Shown: positions 27,782-37,148 of the stretch, one piece after another
Position numbering within the stretch: the first letter of the stretch is position 1
Layout of the letters: every line of letters begins with the position of its first letter
Assembly: GCA_040905385.1 (NCBI GenBank)
Contig: JBBDRP010000002.1
Location: 595,403-659,402, forward strand
DNA from: Minisyncoccota bacterium
Lineage (GTDB): Bacteria; Patescibacteriota; Minisyncoccia; Phycocordibacterales; SW-6-46-9
Direction: 5' to 3'
Length of the DNA stretch: 64,000 nucleotides
Program-made: the position numbers and the translations under genes
The notes under the pieces: generated by a model
The model's database searches: none
What the model was told of the DNA's origin: nothing
The model's input: the letters and a program-made list of their open reading frames with translations, nothing else

Positions 27782-29554
27782 TTATCCGCTTGAATCTTTT
27801 GCTATATCCTTCAGGTCTTTCTTTATTGTTTTTTCAACTTTATCCAGATCCTTTTTTAATTTTTTGATAACCTCCTTCTCCTTTTTGGTGAACTTCTTCT
27901 TACCTTTAATACCCTCCAGACTCTCTAGTCGTTTCATTAACTTCTCCTTAAAGTCATCCAAAGATTCATGTAAGTCACCTTCTGTTTTTCGAAGATTTTT
28001 TCCTAATTGTTTCTTTATAAGTATAACTTTTCGCCAACCGTAGAACAGGATGATAATGAGAGCCAACAGCAGGGAAGCTATTATGATAAATGTTGTCAGT
28101 AGATCAATTGCCCAGTTACCAATTCTTACTATTGCGTGCTTCTCTACGATGATAGTAAGCTCTTTGCTCAACTCGCTCTTTGCTCCACGGCTATCAATAA
28201 CTCTCGCCTGCAGGCTGTAAACACCATCCTCCAATCCAGTATCAGAAACAAAGCTAAAGGAACCGTCGCTTTCTACAGTGACCTCGTGGTATTCCCCATC
28301 ACTTTCATCTTCTTCTTGTAGCTGAATCTCTACTTTCGAATCAGGATAATCAGTTTCTCCTTTGATGATAAATATCTCATCATTTCGAAGCGTACGAGGA
28401 TATTCAGTAATAACTGGTGCATTTAGTGGCTCAACCTCAAAATCTGCAGTATCTGCTATGGAGTTTCCGGCCTTATCAACCGCCCGCACTATCATAGTGT
28501 ATGCACCTGGCTCCAGGGCTTCGGTTTCATACCTGCCGCTTCCATCATCTCTCCATATTGACGAGTACTCATTGATGATCTGGATATCGTAATGATCTAT
28601 GCCTGAGGTTCCATCCTCAGCAGCGAAGATAAACGCTACTTTTGGGTCGGTCATGTCAGCTCTCTGTACCTCCTTAATTTCGAATCGACTTGGCTGTTCC
28701 GTGTCAATCTGGATTCGTGTATGAGAAATATCTCCCCATCCATACCCATTACGAAACTGCGCATGAAGATACCATGCTCCATCAGACAAATCTTCGATTA
28801 CTCTCTCGCTTATCGGTGGTGTGTGCTCTACTGATGGTACGCTCTCAGAAGAGTTATCTAAAAGTAAGCGGACAGATGTCACGCCGGAAGGTACGGACCA
28901 GGAAACATGAGCATCCTTCTCGGAGTACCACCCATTAGGGTCTGGATGAGACGAGGACGTAACATCTGGAGCGGCTGGTGTGTTCGCTGAAGGAGCGGGA
29001 GTAGGACTCGGTGTTGGTGTTGGAGTAGGGGTAGGTGTTGGTGTTGGGGTAGGACTAGCTTCGCCGAGCACAAAACGAGACGACCTCATTCCATCCAGAA
29101 TATTAGTCCCTTGTCCATCATTAGCAAGAACCGAACCACCGGAAAAATTAACTGCTGCTTCACCGGTAGACTTTACCCGAAAATTTAACGTTGCTATTTC
29201 ACCTCTATTACCCGAAAAACCCGGGTTCGGAATTACACCCTCGAAATTAACTGTTCCAGAAGTATTTGAAAATGCTGGTTCCTGAACCCAGAATGAAAGT
29301 ATTGAGTTCTGTCTTGAGATAGAGGTAATCTCAAGTAAATTCTGAGGAAAAGAGATTTCACCAGAAGCGGCGTTCATTGCCTGATCCAGGTTTGTTACAT
29401 CAATACTGACCGAAATATTGCTACCTACAGGATACGATCCTGATGACGGGCTTAGCTCCAGTGTGGCAGCATCAGCGGTCGTGAATGCCATTACAGCAAA
29501 GAGTATGCAGAATATTGTTAAAAACCCTCGAATTTTACTGATTACATCTGCCAT
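27782..29554 (-). CDS. Cohesin-domain surface protein with PT linker, Ig-like domains, C-terminal TM and cytoplasmic coiled coil
   Basis: 'LELSPSSGSY.VG....V.I', 'NAASGEISF', 'VLANDGQGT'; TM 'FIIIASLLLALIIILFYGW'; Lys-rich tail. Confidence 0.82.
   Translation of the reverse strand: MADVISKIRGFLTIFCILFAVMAFTTADAATLELSPSSGSYPVGSNISVSIDVTNLDQAMNAASGEISFPQNLLEITSISRQNSILSFWVQEPAFSNTSGTVNFEGVIPNPGFSGNRGEIATLNFRVKSTGEAAVNFSGGSVLANDGQGTNILDGMRSSRFVLGEASPTPTPTPTPTPTPTPSPTPAPSANTPAAPDVTSSSHPDPNGWYSEKDAHVSWSVPSGVTSVRLLLDNSSESVPSVEHTPPISERVIEDLSDGAWYLHAQFRNGYGWGDISHTRIQIDTEQPSRFEIKEVQRADMTDPKVAFIFAAEDGTSGIDHYDIQIINEYSSIWRDDGSGRYETEALEPGAYTMIVRAVDKAGNSIADTADFEVEPLNAPVITEYPRTLRNDEIFIIKGETDYPDSKVEIQLQEEDESDGEYHEVTVESDGSFSFVSDTGLEDGVYSLQARVIDSRGAKSELSKELTIIVEKHAIVRIGNWAIDLLTTFIIIASLLLALIIILFYGWRKVILIKKQLGKNLRKTEGDLHESLDDFKEKLMKRLESLEGIKGKKKFTKKEKEVIKKLKKDLDKVEKTIKKDLKDIAKDSSG
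28995..29057 (-). repeat. Pro-Thr linker repeat within CDS
   Basis: SPTPTPTPTPTPTPTPSPTPA. Confidence 0.8.
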
Positions 29555-29597
29555 ATGCACCTAAAAGAAGAATTATAAAAGCTGTGTACATTATACC

Positions 29598-30389
29598 TTA
29601 AAAACTCGCATCCTCGCTCGAAGCCGCTGCTGGAGCGATAATTTCGATTCGTTCATTACCAGCATTATCAATTGCCTTTACATAGATATGACTTTTCAGG
29701 TCCTGATCACGCAGCAAATAAGGGCTGCTTGCCTCCTGCCAAGCCGATAAAAACCTTAAAAACGTAAATCGAACCTCCTTAACCTCATACCGATCTATAC
29801 CCGAACCTTTATCCTGCGTTTCGAATACAAGAACTGCATTATTGTCAAAAAGCCTATGACGCTGCACGACCTCTGGGCTAAATGATTGTGGGCTTATACT
29901 ATCCACTCCAGCATCCGTATTGATCTCTGTTTTGTTTTCAGACCTAACCAAGGACAGCTGTACATCGGCCGGCGTTCCGGATCCGTCATTTAGTAAGGCC
30001 ACAAAGTCTTCTACTCTTATCTGATCCTCACCTCCCCCTAAAGTCTCGAAGGTAACAGAGAATATCACTCCTCTATCACCGTAGTATCCACCAGGGGTAA
30101 TCCCGGAAAAAGCTATCATTCCGTCCGTTACTTGCGGTTTCTCTATCCATAAGTTAACAAAGGAACTACCGCTATTTATACGTTTCACCTGCAAAGAATC
30201 ATCCGCGTACAGAATCTCACCCTGGACAGCATTGATGGTTTCGCCTTGCGTGTCGACAATGACATCAACACTAAACCTCTGCTCATCATCCAAAAAGTCC
30301 GGAAATATCCCTATCACGTGTAGCAACAAGGCAATAAAAACAATCCCGGTAAGTGTACTGTATGAAGTTATTCTGCTTTTATAATTCAT
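29598..30389 (-). CDS. Second cohesin-domain protein
   Basis: 'INAVQGEI', 'SFVNLWIEKP', 'FSGITPGG', 'LLNDGSGT', 'DKGSGIDRYEV', 'VKAIDNAGNER' paralogous to 27782..29554. Confidence 0.78.
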   Translation of the reverse strand: MNYKSRITSYSTLTGIVFIALLLHVIGIFPDFLDDEQRFSVDVIVDTQGETINAVQGEILYADDSLQVKRINSGSSFVNLWIEKPQVTDGMIAFSGITPGGYYGDRGVIFSVTFETLGGGEDQIRVEDFVALLNDGSGTPADVQLSLVRSENKTEINTDAGVDSISPQSFSPEVVQRHRLFDNNAVLVFETQDKGSGIDRYEVKEVRFTFLRFLSAWQEASSPYLLRDQDLKSHIYVKAIDNAGNERIEIIAPAAASSEDASF

Positions 30390-30398
30390 GTTTTAAAA

Positions 30399-31451
30399 TT
30401 AACCGGTCCAGTGGAAGGCCATGATACTAAAGTCAGTTAAATCAACCTGCCCATCACGCTTTAAATCAGCAATATCTGGCGGTGAAGGCCGGTTGTACCA
30501 GTACGCAAGAATTGAGAAGTCAATCAAGTTCACGTTACCGTCTTCATTAACATCACCAATTAACCCAGTTTCCGTGGTTTCTCTGTACACATCCCTTGTC
30601 CCGACAGAGAAATTAACAGATTTACTGAATGGACTTATATCTTCGTCATGAATGGATCTTGATCTGGTTAAGTGATCACCTGTCTCTAAAAGAGAAGTAT
30701 CAAGATTATACAGATAGATACCATCATCATCAGCAGTAGCATTAGCAAAAATCTGATGCTCAGAATTTATGGTTATTGAGATATTTGACTCCGGTGTACT
30801 CTGACCAAAAATTACTAAGTTATTACCACGACGAACTTCTCTTTTATCCGTTGTTAACGTCGGCGCAAGAAAGACTCCTGATATATCAACTGATGAATCC
30901 TCAGTTACACTAACAGGGAACGTCTTTAAGGATGAGCGCTCCCCATTAATATCCTCACTGTATACTGAGAAAATATACCCTCCGAGTTCTAGGTCAGAAA
31001 CCCGCATCGAGAAGGTTGCATCCTGACTAGCCTGCGTAGTAGCTATTATCCTTGCGTCCTGAAGCAGAGTTACTGTTTCTCCTGGATAAGCCTTACCTGA
31101 TATTCTCACCTCCGCTTCATCATCGTCATCATCACCACCTCCACCGCCACCACCACCGCCGTCATCTGATGAAGGTGGTGGAGCAATACATTCAGACGTA
31201 TCGAAAGAGCAATCAGAACTACAGCTTAACGTACCACCTTCATAATCGAGCGTTGAGCACGTTTGACCATTAAGATCACCATTATCACACTGCTCACCAC
31301 CTTCCTTTACGTTATTACCACAAATACTTACCTTGACGGTGGTATCAATTGACGCCGTGCTCGCCCACACAGTCGCCACACCATAGGCAGCAAAGCTACC
31401 TAGTAATAAAAAAACCGTAGTTATACGCCAGCATGATATTTGTAAGTTCAT
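30399..31451 (-). CDS. Secreted protein with Cys-rich module, Ig-like domains and C-terminal dockerin
   Basis: 'CGNNVKEGGEQCD'; duplicated Ca loops 'GDVNEDGNVNLIDFSIL' and 'ADLKRDGQVDLTDFSIM'. Confidence 0.85.
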   Translation of the reverse strand: MNLQISCWRITTVFLLLGSFAAYGVATVWASTASIDTTVKVSICGNNVKEGGEQCDNGDLNGQTCSTLDYEGGTLSCSSDCSFDTSECIAPPPSSDDGGGGGGGGGDDDDDEAEVRISGKAYPGETVTLLQDARIIATTQASQDATFSMRVSDLELGGYIFSVYSEDINGERSSLKTFPVSVTEDSSVDISGVFLAPTLTTDKREVRRGNNLVIFGQSTPESNISITINSEHQIFANATADDDGIYLYNLDTSLLETGDHLTRSRSIHDEDISPFSKSVNFSVGTRDVYRETTETGLIGDVNEDGNVNLIDFSILAYWYNRPSPPDIADLKRDGQVDLTDFSIMAFHWTG

Positions 31452-32056
31452 TATTTACGCTGAACACCTATCGAGAAGGAGAATCGTCGCTTTATATACA
31501 CAACAAGCAACGTAGTTACAATAATCGCCAGGAGTGAGTACGACCACGGACTATAACGCTCTAAGATACTGAGCGTACGATAATAAACACCCTGGATGAA
31601 GTTAGCCGGCGCGACCGAGAAATTCAGCTTGGACGCCGCGGCAATCCCAATACTGGTACCACCGGACTCAGACGTACTGACCGGCCGCGCCTCCAGAAAG
31701 GCGAAGTACTCGCCCGGAACTGTTTTGATCGGGATATCCAGCTGAATACCCACCGCCCGTGTCTGGCCGGGCTCAAGCGTAAACGTCTCTGGCGAGAAAA
31801 CAAACCACTCTTCCGGCGGGCGCATCTCCTCCTGGTTCTCATGATACTCAATAGACATGGTGTAGCCGGAGGTCTCATCACCAGTATTGATAACCATCAC
31901 GGATGGCAGTGTATTCACCGCTCCGGGATTCAGCGGCTTGTCTACCTGAATCTTGCCGGTGCCGACCCCCACCCCGATCGCTCCAAACGTAACGACCGGA
32001 AGCGAGAGGAGTAAAAGGATGGCTGTAAGCTGGATTGTACGGGTAAGTACGTTCAT
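31451..32056 (-). CDS. DUF916/WxL-interacting-protein-like Ig-fold protein with C-terminal TM
   Basis: 'VINTGD', 'WFVFSPETFTLEPGQTRAV...LDIP....PGEYFA', 'GIAAASKL'; TM plus KRR; stop overlaps the next ATG. Confidence 0.65.
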   Translation of the reverse strand: MNVLTRTIQLTAILLLLSLPVVTFGAIGVGVGTGKIQVDKPLNPGAVNTLPSVMVINTGDETSGYTMSIEYHENQEEMRPPEEWFVFSPETFTLEPGQTRAVGIQLDIPIKTVPGEYFAFLEARPVSTSESGGTSIGIAAASKLNFSVAPANFIQGVYYRTLSILERYSPWSYSLLAIIVTTLLVVYIKRRFSFSIGVQRK

Positions 32057-32125
32057 GCAAAAAAACCTTACGAAAAAGAGCTTCTTAACCTGCTCTTCTT
32101 TATGTTCACGATATCACAACCCGGA

Positions 32126-32641
32126 TTAGTTGGCGACCGCCTGTACCGTCACATCAGCATTTTTCTGATCCGTATCAGTAGAGCTAGTTGGAGTAGTGAT
32201 CTCCAGATCAAATGTCTGAGTGCCGGAGGAAGCTATTGCGGTTGCTAGTGTTTGGTAGCTGGTGGTGAGGGCCGTCCAGCTACTACCGGTATCAGTAGAG
32301 AATTTATGAACATACTGATCAGCTGCCGGAGTTGCAGCTAGTGTCCAGTCCGTTCCACTTCCTGATGCAGCATTCTGACCCTGAATATTGAGATCTATGG
32401 TGGTGTTTCCATCGTTGGTGGCAGTCTGCTGGTCTCCGAGAGTTTGTGTGTCCTCGGTTGTACTAGCCGACAGTACACCGTAATCGATAGCCCCATCAGC
32501 AACAGAGACAGAGATATTCTGAAACTGCACCGTTGCCGCTACGGTAGCTGAGTCCTGAGCAACTGCATAAGAGGCGACCATTAGGCCGGCAATTATAGGA
32601 ATAACGAATAGTAAAGAGGTTTTTTGCATATACTGTTTCAT
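32126..32641 (-). CDS. Secreted single-domain beta protein, putative filament shaft subunit
   Basis: Signal peptide (AVA|QD), N-terminal alternating strand 'SATVAATVQ', Thr-rich domain ending 'VTVQAVAN'. Confidence 0.7.
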   Translation of the reverse strand: MKQYMQKTSLLFVIPIIAGLMVASYAVAQDSATVAATVQFQNISVSVADGAIDYGVLSASTTEDTQTLGDQQTATNDGNTTIDLNIQGQNAASGSGTDWTLAATPAADQYVHKFSTDTGSSWTALTTSYQTLATAIASSGTQTFDLEITTPTSSTDTDQKNADVTVQAVAN

Positions 32642-32754
32642 ATTATGTATGTACTGATAAGATAAATTCGTACCTTTACTCTAGATTAGCACAGGAAATA
32701 AGAATATTTATGTCAAACGGTGTGGAAAACTTTCAGGGCAGTATTACGTGTAAA

Positions 32755-34176
32755 TTACTGCTGTACGGCCTGCACCGTCACATCCACCGACTGCTCGGTG
32801 TCACAGGATGAATCGGTCGGTGAAGTAAGCTGGAGGTCAAAATCCTGGGTGCCGGCGGCGGCAATACCAGTAGCTAAGGTTTGATTGGTAGTAGTTAGCG
32901 CCGTCCAGACGCCGCCGCTGTCGGTAGAGAACTCATGCACATACTGGTCAGTACCAGCCGTGGCGGCCAATGTCCATGGACATGCGGTATCCTGGCCGAC
33001 AATATTAAGATCAATGGTGACGTCTCCAGTGTTAGTGACTGTCTGGGTATCTCCAAGCGATATGGTGTCATTGGTATTTCCGGCCTGCACCCCACCGTAA
33101 TCAATCGATCCGTCGGATACAGTAATGGAAATCGTGGCAGCGGTGGTAAAGGAGTAGCACAGCCCCGAATCGGTAAAGGTGCCGCTGCCGTCCGGATCCA
33201 GTGCCGAGGCCTCCCACCAGTACTGGGTACCAGCCGTTAAGGCATCGCCAGACTGGACGGTAAAATCTCCCTGCGTGCCAGATGTGTAGCAGCTGGTGGG
33301 GCTATTTGTACAGGTGGCATCGGTGCCGGCCCAGCCGGTGGAATCAACCGACTGATCATGGGTCTGTACCACGGTTGAACAGCCAGAATCCGAATAAATT
33401 GTAGTCTTGTAGCCAAGATTATCACCGTCCGGATCCGTCGTCGTCATCAGGAAATTCGGGGTTTTACTGACGTCAGTCGCACCATCAGTAGGCGCATCCT
33501 GGGATGGTGCATTCGGGGGCTGGTTGGGCGGTGTGTACTCAACCGTTACTCGCACCCGATACACGCTCACAAGCTGAGGTGGGCCTCCGGTATCTTTTAT
33601 GTACCGCAGTATGACCCCGAAATTTGCCGAGGTAACATCCGCCTGTGTCAGCCCAGCTCCCCACCCATCCGCAGATCCGCCGTAGGTTTGTATTGTCTTG
33701 GTTGTTTGTGATAGATTACCTGCTTTATTATCACCTACCCCGTTACTTCCATCAGTGGTGAGCTGAACCGTATCATCAGACACAGAAGTATCCTGGGTCA
33801 GCCACTCTACCTCAACCGTTACGCCATCAATTGTCGAGTCAGCGGGAATATCTGTGGATGTAAAGCCAAAGTTTGTAGCCGACAGCACACTGGTGAAGGA
33901 ACCATTTCCACCCAGGTCACAGGTGGTGGCCGTGTCGGTGGTATCGCCAGTGGCATTACCAATATTTTCCCAAGAACACTTATTTGTCACCACCTCCGTT
34001 GCCGTGCCGGTATAGTAGGTACTGGTCGTATCGGCGGAGGCAACCTGCGGCTGCGGCGGAATATCCGGATTCGAGGATAGCTGCGGCCAGCCGGAAAAGA
34101 TCCACAAAAGTGCGACTAATGTAGCTATTGCTGGGGTAAGATACTTCACGGTACATATTATACTACACATTTTCAC
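32755..34176 (-). CDS. Secreted multidomain protein whose C-terminal domain is paralogous to 32126..32641 (putative tip adhesin)
   Basis: C-terminal ~125 aa more than half identical to the shaft by eye; start may be GTG 34149 after TATAAT. Confidence 0.75.
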   Translation of the reverse strand: MKMCSIICTVKYLTPAIATLVALLWIFSGWPQLSSNPDIPPQPQVASADTTSTYYTGTATEVVTNKCSWENIGNATGDTTDTATTCDLGGNGSFTSVLSATNFGFTSTDIPADSTIDGVTVEVEWLTQDTSVSDDTVQLTTDGSNGVGDNKAGNLSQTTKTIQTYGGSADGWGAGLTQADVTSANFGVILRYIKDTGGPPQLVSVYRVRVTVEYTPPNQPPNAPSQDAPTDGATDVSKTPNFLMTTTDPDGDNLGYKTTIYSDSGCSTVVQTHDQSVDSTGWAGTDATCTNSPTSCYTSGTQGDFTVQSGDALTAGTQYWWEASALDPDGSGTFTDSGLCYSFTTAATISITVSDGSIDYGGVQAGNTNDTISLGDTQTVTNTGDVTIDLNIVGQDTACPWTLAATAGTDQYVHEFSTDSGGVWTALTTTNQTLATGIAAAGTQDFDLQLTSPTDSSCDTEQSVDVTVQAVQQ

Positions 34177-34229
34177 TCACAAATACGGCTTATAAGATAC
34201 AACTCATCACGAAACGCTGGATAATAAAA

Positions 34230-34262
34230 ACACCTCATCGAACAGTATGTTCGATGAGGTGT
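34230..34262. terminator. Terminator-like hairpin
   Basis: ACACCTCATCGAAC-AGTAT-GTTCGATGAGGTGT with A-run on the left (terminates minus strand). Confidence 0.7.
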
Positions 34263-34280
34263 CTGAGTTAATGATTTCAG

Positions 34281-34856
34281 TTAGTTTCCTACATAATTTT
34301 CCGGTCGCACCAGGTTTCCTTGACCACTTACGGTATACGTATGGAACTCCCAGGTATTCCAAATAGCCCAGTCCGAGTTACCGGTATAACGCGGATCAGT
34401 TTCGTGCACGATGACGTAATTGTAGGTTCCGTTATTATCGTAGCCAGAGCACTTGATGTCGTTGATGATCCAGCCTGAGTCCAGGAACGGATCATTTTCG
34501 AAGGATCCGCGATACTGAACTTGATAATCACACACGGTAAGTGTGGATTGATCTAGTTCATCGACAGAGTTAACTGTTCCTTGCTCACGACCATCTCCGA
34601 GATCCAAGTACCAGTCTCCAGCGGCATCATACGCATACAGTGCTGTGTACTTTCCGGTCACGACCTCTCCTTCATCAGGAATACCGTTATCATCCTCGTC
34701 CTTGAAATTACTTTTAACGGTAGAGTTCTGGTTTTCCGTAACCTCAGCAAGATCATAGGTGTCTGCGTCTGGTGCTGTTGGTACCTCTGTAGAATCACAT
34801 CCCATCATGATTATCATGAAAAAGATGATACTGAAAATACTAATTGACTTTGTCAT
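34281..34856 (-). CDS. Hypothetical lipoprotein-like protein
   Basis: Hydrophobic N-terminus ending 'MMG|C'; DEDDNGIPD motif. Confidence 0.65.
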   Translation of the reverse strand: MTKSISIFSIIFFMIIMMGCDSTEVPTAPDADTYDLAEVTENQNSTVKSNFKDEDDNGIPDEGEVVTGKYTALYAYDAAGDWYLDLGDGREQGTVNSVDELDQSTLTVCDYQVQYRGSFENDPFLDSGWIINDIKCSGYDNNGTYNYVIVHETDPRYTGNSDWAIWNTWEFHTYTVSGQGNLVRPENYVGN

Positions 34857-35024
34857 TTAGTCTCCGTTTTTTTGGTTTTGATTTGTTAAGTAGCAATTAA
34901 GCCGATGAGTATCTTTACATAAAATAGTTTATTTGTCAACTAAAATAAAAAGTATTGAAACGACGAGTATCTATACACCTCAAATCTCCTTAAAGTAGCT
35001 GATCCTAGGTGAATAAGGCCAAAA

Positions 35025-35056
35025 GCTAAATAACTCACCCGGATGAGTTATTTAGC
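35025..35056. repeat. Palindromic dispersed repeat, copy 1
   Basis: GCTAAATAACTCA-CCCGGA-TGAGTTATTTAGC; near-identical to 56038-56069. Confidence 0.75.
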
Positions 35057-35077
35057 CCGTCGGTCGGTTCATAACCT

Positions 35078-35116
35078 TTACGAATTTTCTATCTTCTTCT
35101 TGGCGACCACCAGGAA
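35078..35116 (-). repeat. Orphan duplicate of the GH15 gene 3' end
   Basis: Translates FLVVAKKKIENS* versus MLVVAKSKITNS* at the end of 35487..36512. Confidence 0.75.
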
Positions 35117-35485
35117 CTAAGCCGGTAACACATCATGCACCTCCTCGGGAGTTATCTTCAGCAGGGCACTGACGGTACGATCGGGAAACTCCTCGGCTGC
35201 CCAGTCCTGAATCTCCTCGAACTCATCTCCGGCTGTAACGTACTCGACCTCTCCTTTTATCTGGTAGGCCGTCTCAAAACCAGTCCAGCAGGTAAGGGCA
35301 ACACGAGCATCACTTTGTATATTTTCGGCAGTCTTTTTAAAGAAATAGTTAACCAGCCAGATCTGCCCATCACGTACAAACACCGTCGAGACCGGAACGG
35401 CGTTAACTCCGTGAGGACCGGTCGTGGCCAGCACCTTGCTTTCAGCAGATAAAATTGCATCGGTGACCTTCTGTGTAAGTTTCAT
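35117..35485 (-). CDS. Pyridoxamine 5'-phosphate oxidase-like FMN-binding protein
   Basis: 'VLAT....VNAVPV', 'NYFFKKTAENI', 'YQIKGEVEY..G..FE'. Confidence 0.85.
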   Translation of the reverse strand: MKLTQKVTDAILSAESKVLATTGPHGVNAVPVSTVFVRDGQIWLVNYFFKKTAENIQSDARVALTCWTGFETAYQIKGEVEYVTAGDEFEEIQDWAAEEFPDRTVSALLKITPEEVHDVLPA

Positions 35486-35486
35486 A

Positions 35487-36512
35487 TTATGAATTAGTTA
35501 TTTTACTCTTAGCAACCACCAGCATACTTTCCGACCAGCCGAGTGGATTATTCTCATTCGGCTCGTCAGTGTTTGAGTAGTACAGCTCCGGAACGCCGGC
35601 CTCGGTGACCGTCTCCTCGGCCTGCTCCAGCCAGTACCGGGCCGCCTCGTCATCACCACGCTCATGGTGAATGATTGCCAGCCACGGGAAGCCGAAGCAC
35701 CACTCGGCTTCCTCGGAAAAGCCGTCCTCGTTGCGGTTGTAGTAGTGATCATTCTTGTAGCGCACCACCCCGCGCCGCCGGGCCAGATGATACTCCAGCC
35801 GCTCCAGGATAATGTCGCCAACCGTCTCATCCACGAGATTGTACGGATAGAAAAGCGACAGCTGCGCGAGGTCACAAAACTTGCTTTCCGACTCCCGTGG
35901 CAAGAGATCTGCTAGCGCCGCCTCGCCCTGAGTAATCAGCTCATCCGGAACATGGATAAAATCAAGCCGGGCAACCTGCCGCAACCCAGCCACACAGGCA
36001 CCGACTGATGATGCATGCACCTCCTCGTACTCCTCCCAGACACCATTGTCGGGATCATGCCAGTACTCAATCGAGGCCAGGTAATCTACGAGTCTTTGGA
36101 TCGTCTCCTGATCCTCTGGCTGTATAACACCGTAGCCGGTCGCCTCCAGATCACCCAGCTTGTATAGGATTGCGCCGACCGCATCATTCTGCTTGTTGCC
36201 CCACTCCTCCCAAAACTCCTCGAAGGTCTCTGGATGATAACGCGCATGAATGTACTGCCAGCTTTCGTGTGGGCGATGCTCTGCCGCCCAGTCAATCTTG
36301 TCGCGATGCTTGTTGAAAATCTCCAGAATTGCCCGCCACATCGCCTCAACCAGCTCCCATTCACCGGCTGCTTCCAAGCCGAGTGATATATAAAAGTTAT
36401 CTCGCAGCCAGGCCTTGTCATAGCCGGTCTCTACCCCTTGTGACGAGGCCAGGAAAAGCCCACCGTTAGAACGAAGCTTTTTGATATTCTCAACATGTTG
36501 GTTAATGTCCAT
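35487..36512 (-). CDS. Glycoside hydrolase family 15
   Basis: 'YDKAWLRD', 'QNDAVG', 'GVWEE..EVHASS', 'PLGWSES'. Confidence 0.85.
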   Translation of the reverse strand: MDINQHVENIKKLRSNGGLFLASSQGVETGYDKAWLRDNFYISLGLEAAGEWELVEAMWRAILEIFNKHRDKIDWAAEHRPHESWQYIHARYHPETFEEFWEEWGNKQNDAVGAILYKLGDLEATGYGVIQPEDQETIQRLVDYLASIEYWHDPDNGVWEEYEEVHASSVGACVAGLRQVARLDFIHVPDELITQGEAALADLLPRESESKFCDLAQLSLFYPYNLVDETVGDIILERLEYHLARRRGVVRYKNDHYYNRNEDGFSEEAEWCFGFPWLAIIHHERGDDEAARYWLEQAEETVTEAGVPELYYSNTDEPNENNPLGWSESMLVVAKSKITNS

Positions 36513-36515
36513 ATA

Positions 36516-36989
36516 CTAAGCAGCCACCTTCATATCTTTATGTGCCCGGGCCAGATCCGGATGCTGCAGCTTCAGTCCAATATTCTTGGCAGCCAGATCG
36601 GCGTCCAGTTGCTGGATGTCGGTAATCCGACCCCACATCTGTGCCTCGAAATAAGAGATCGTCTCCTCGTCCGTGCCCGGATCCGTTTCCTGATTTTTTA
36701 GTAGTGACTTCTCCAGCTGATCCTGCAGTAGTTGTAGCTTTTTTTGCATCAGTGCAACGCCGAGATACTCCTCAGGAAGCTCATCAGCACTCCATTCTCG
36801 ACCCTTGAGCCGAACCGTCCAGCCCTCCTCAAGCTGCTCACTAAACTCATCCAGATCAGCAACCACCTTCTGCTCGGCAACTTCGAATGCCTCCTCGGAT
36901 GAGATACGCTCTCGACCACCATTCTCTGCCTTTTCGTTCGTATTACCCTCCGCTGATATGTTGTTGAACTGTTCAAAGGATGGTGCCAT
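36516..36989 (-). CDS. Hypothetical protein
   Basis: Acidic helical ORF; likely ATG 36989. Confidence 0.55.
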   Translation of the reverse strand: MAPSFEQFNNISAEGNTNEKAENGGRERISSEEAFEVAEQKVVADLDEFSEQLEEGWTVRLKGREWSADELPEEYLGVALMQKKLQLLQDQLEKSLLKNQETDPGTDEETISYFEAQMWGRITDIQQLDADLAAKNIGLKLQHPDLARAHKDMKVAA

Positions 36990-37148
36990 GGAATGATATA
37001 TAAGCGAATAATGTTCCTCTATAATAGCACGGTTCATCTGCCTGCAACCGAACTACCAGACTATCCGAATATTTCGTTAAATAAAAAACTTCTTTTCCTC
37101 CGGACAAATTGGTATCATGTAGCCAATACTAGCTAAAATCTAAAAAAT

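Noticed and set aside
32126-33135. Diversity-generating retroelement template/variable repeat pair
   Set aside because: Both copies are coding, differences are not adenine-specific and no reverse transcriptase is present
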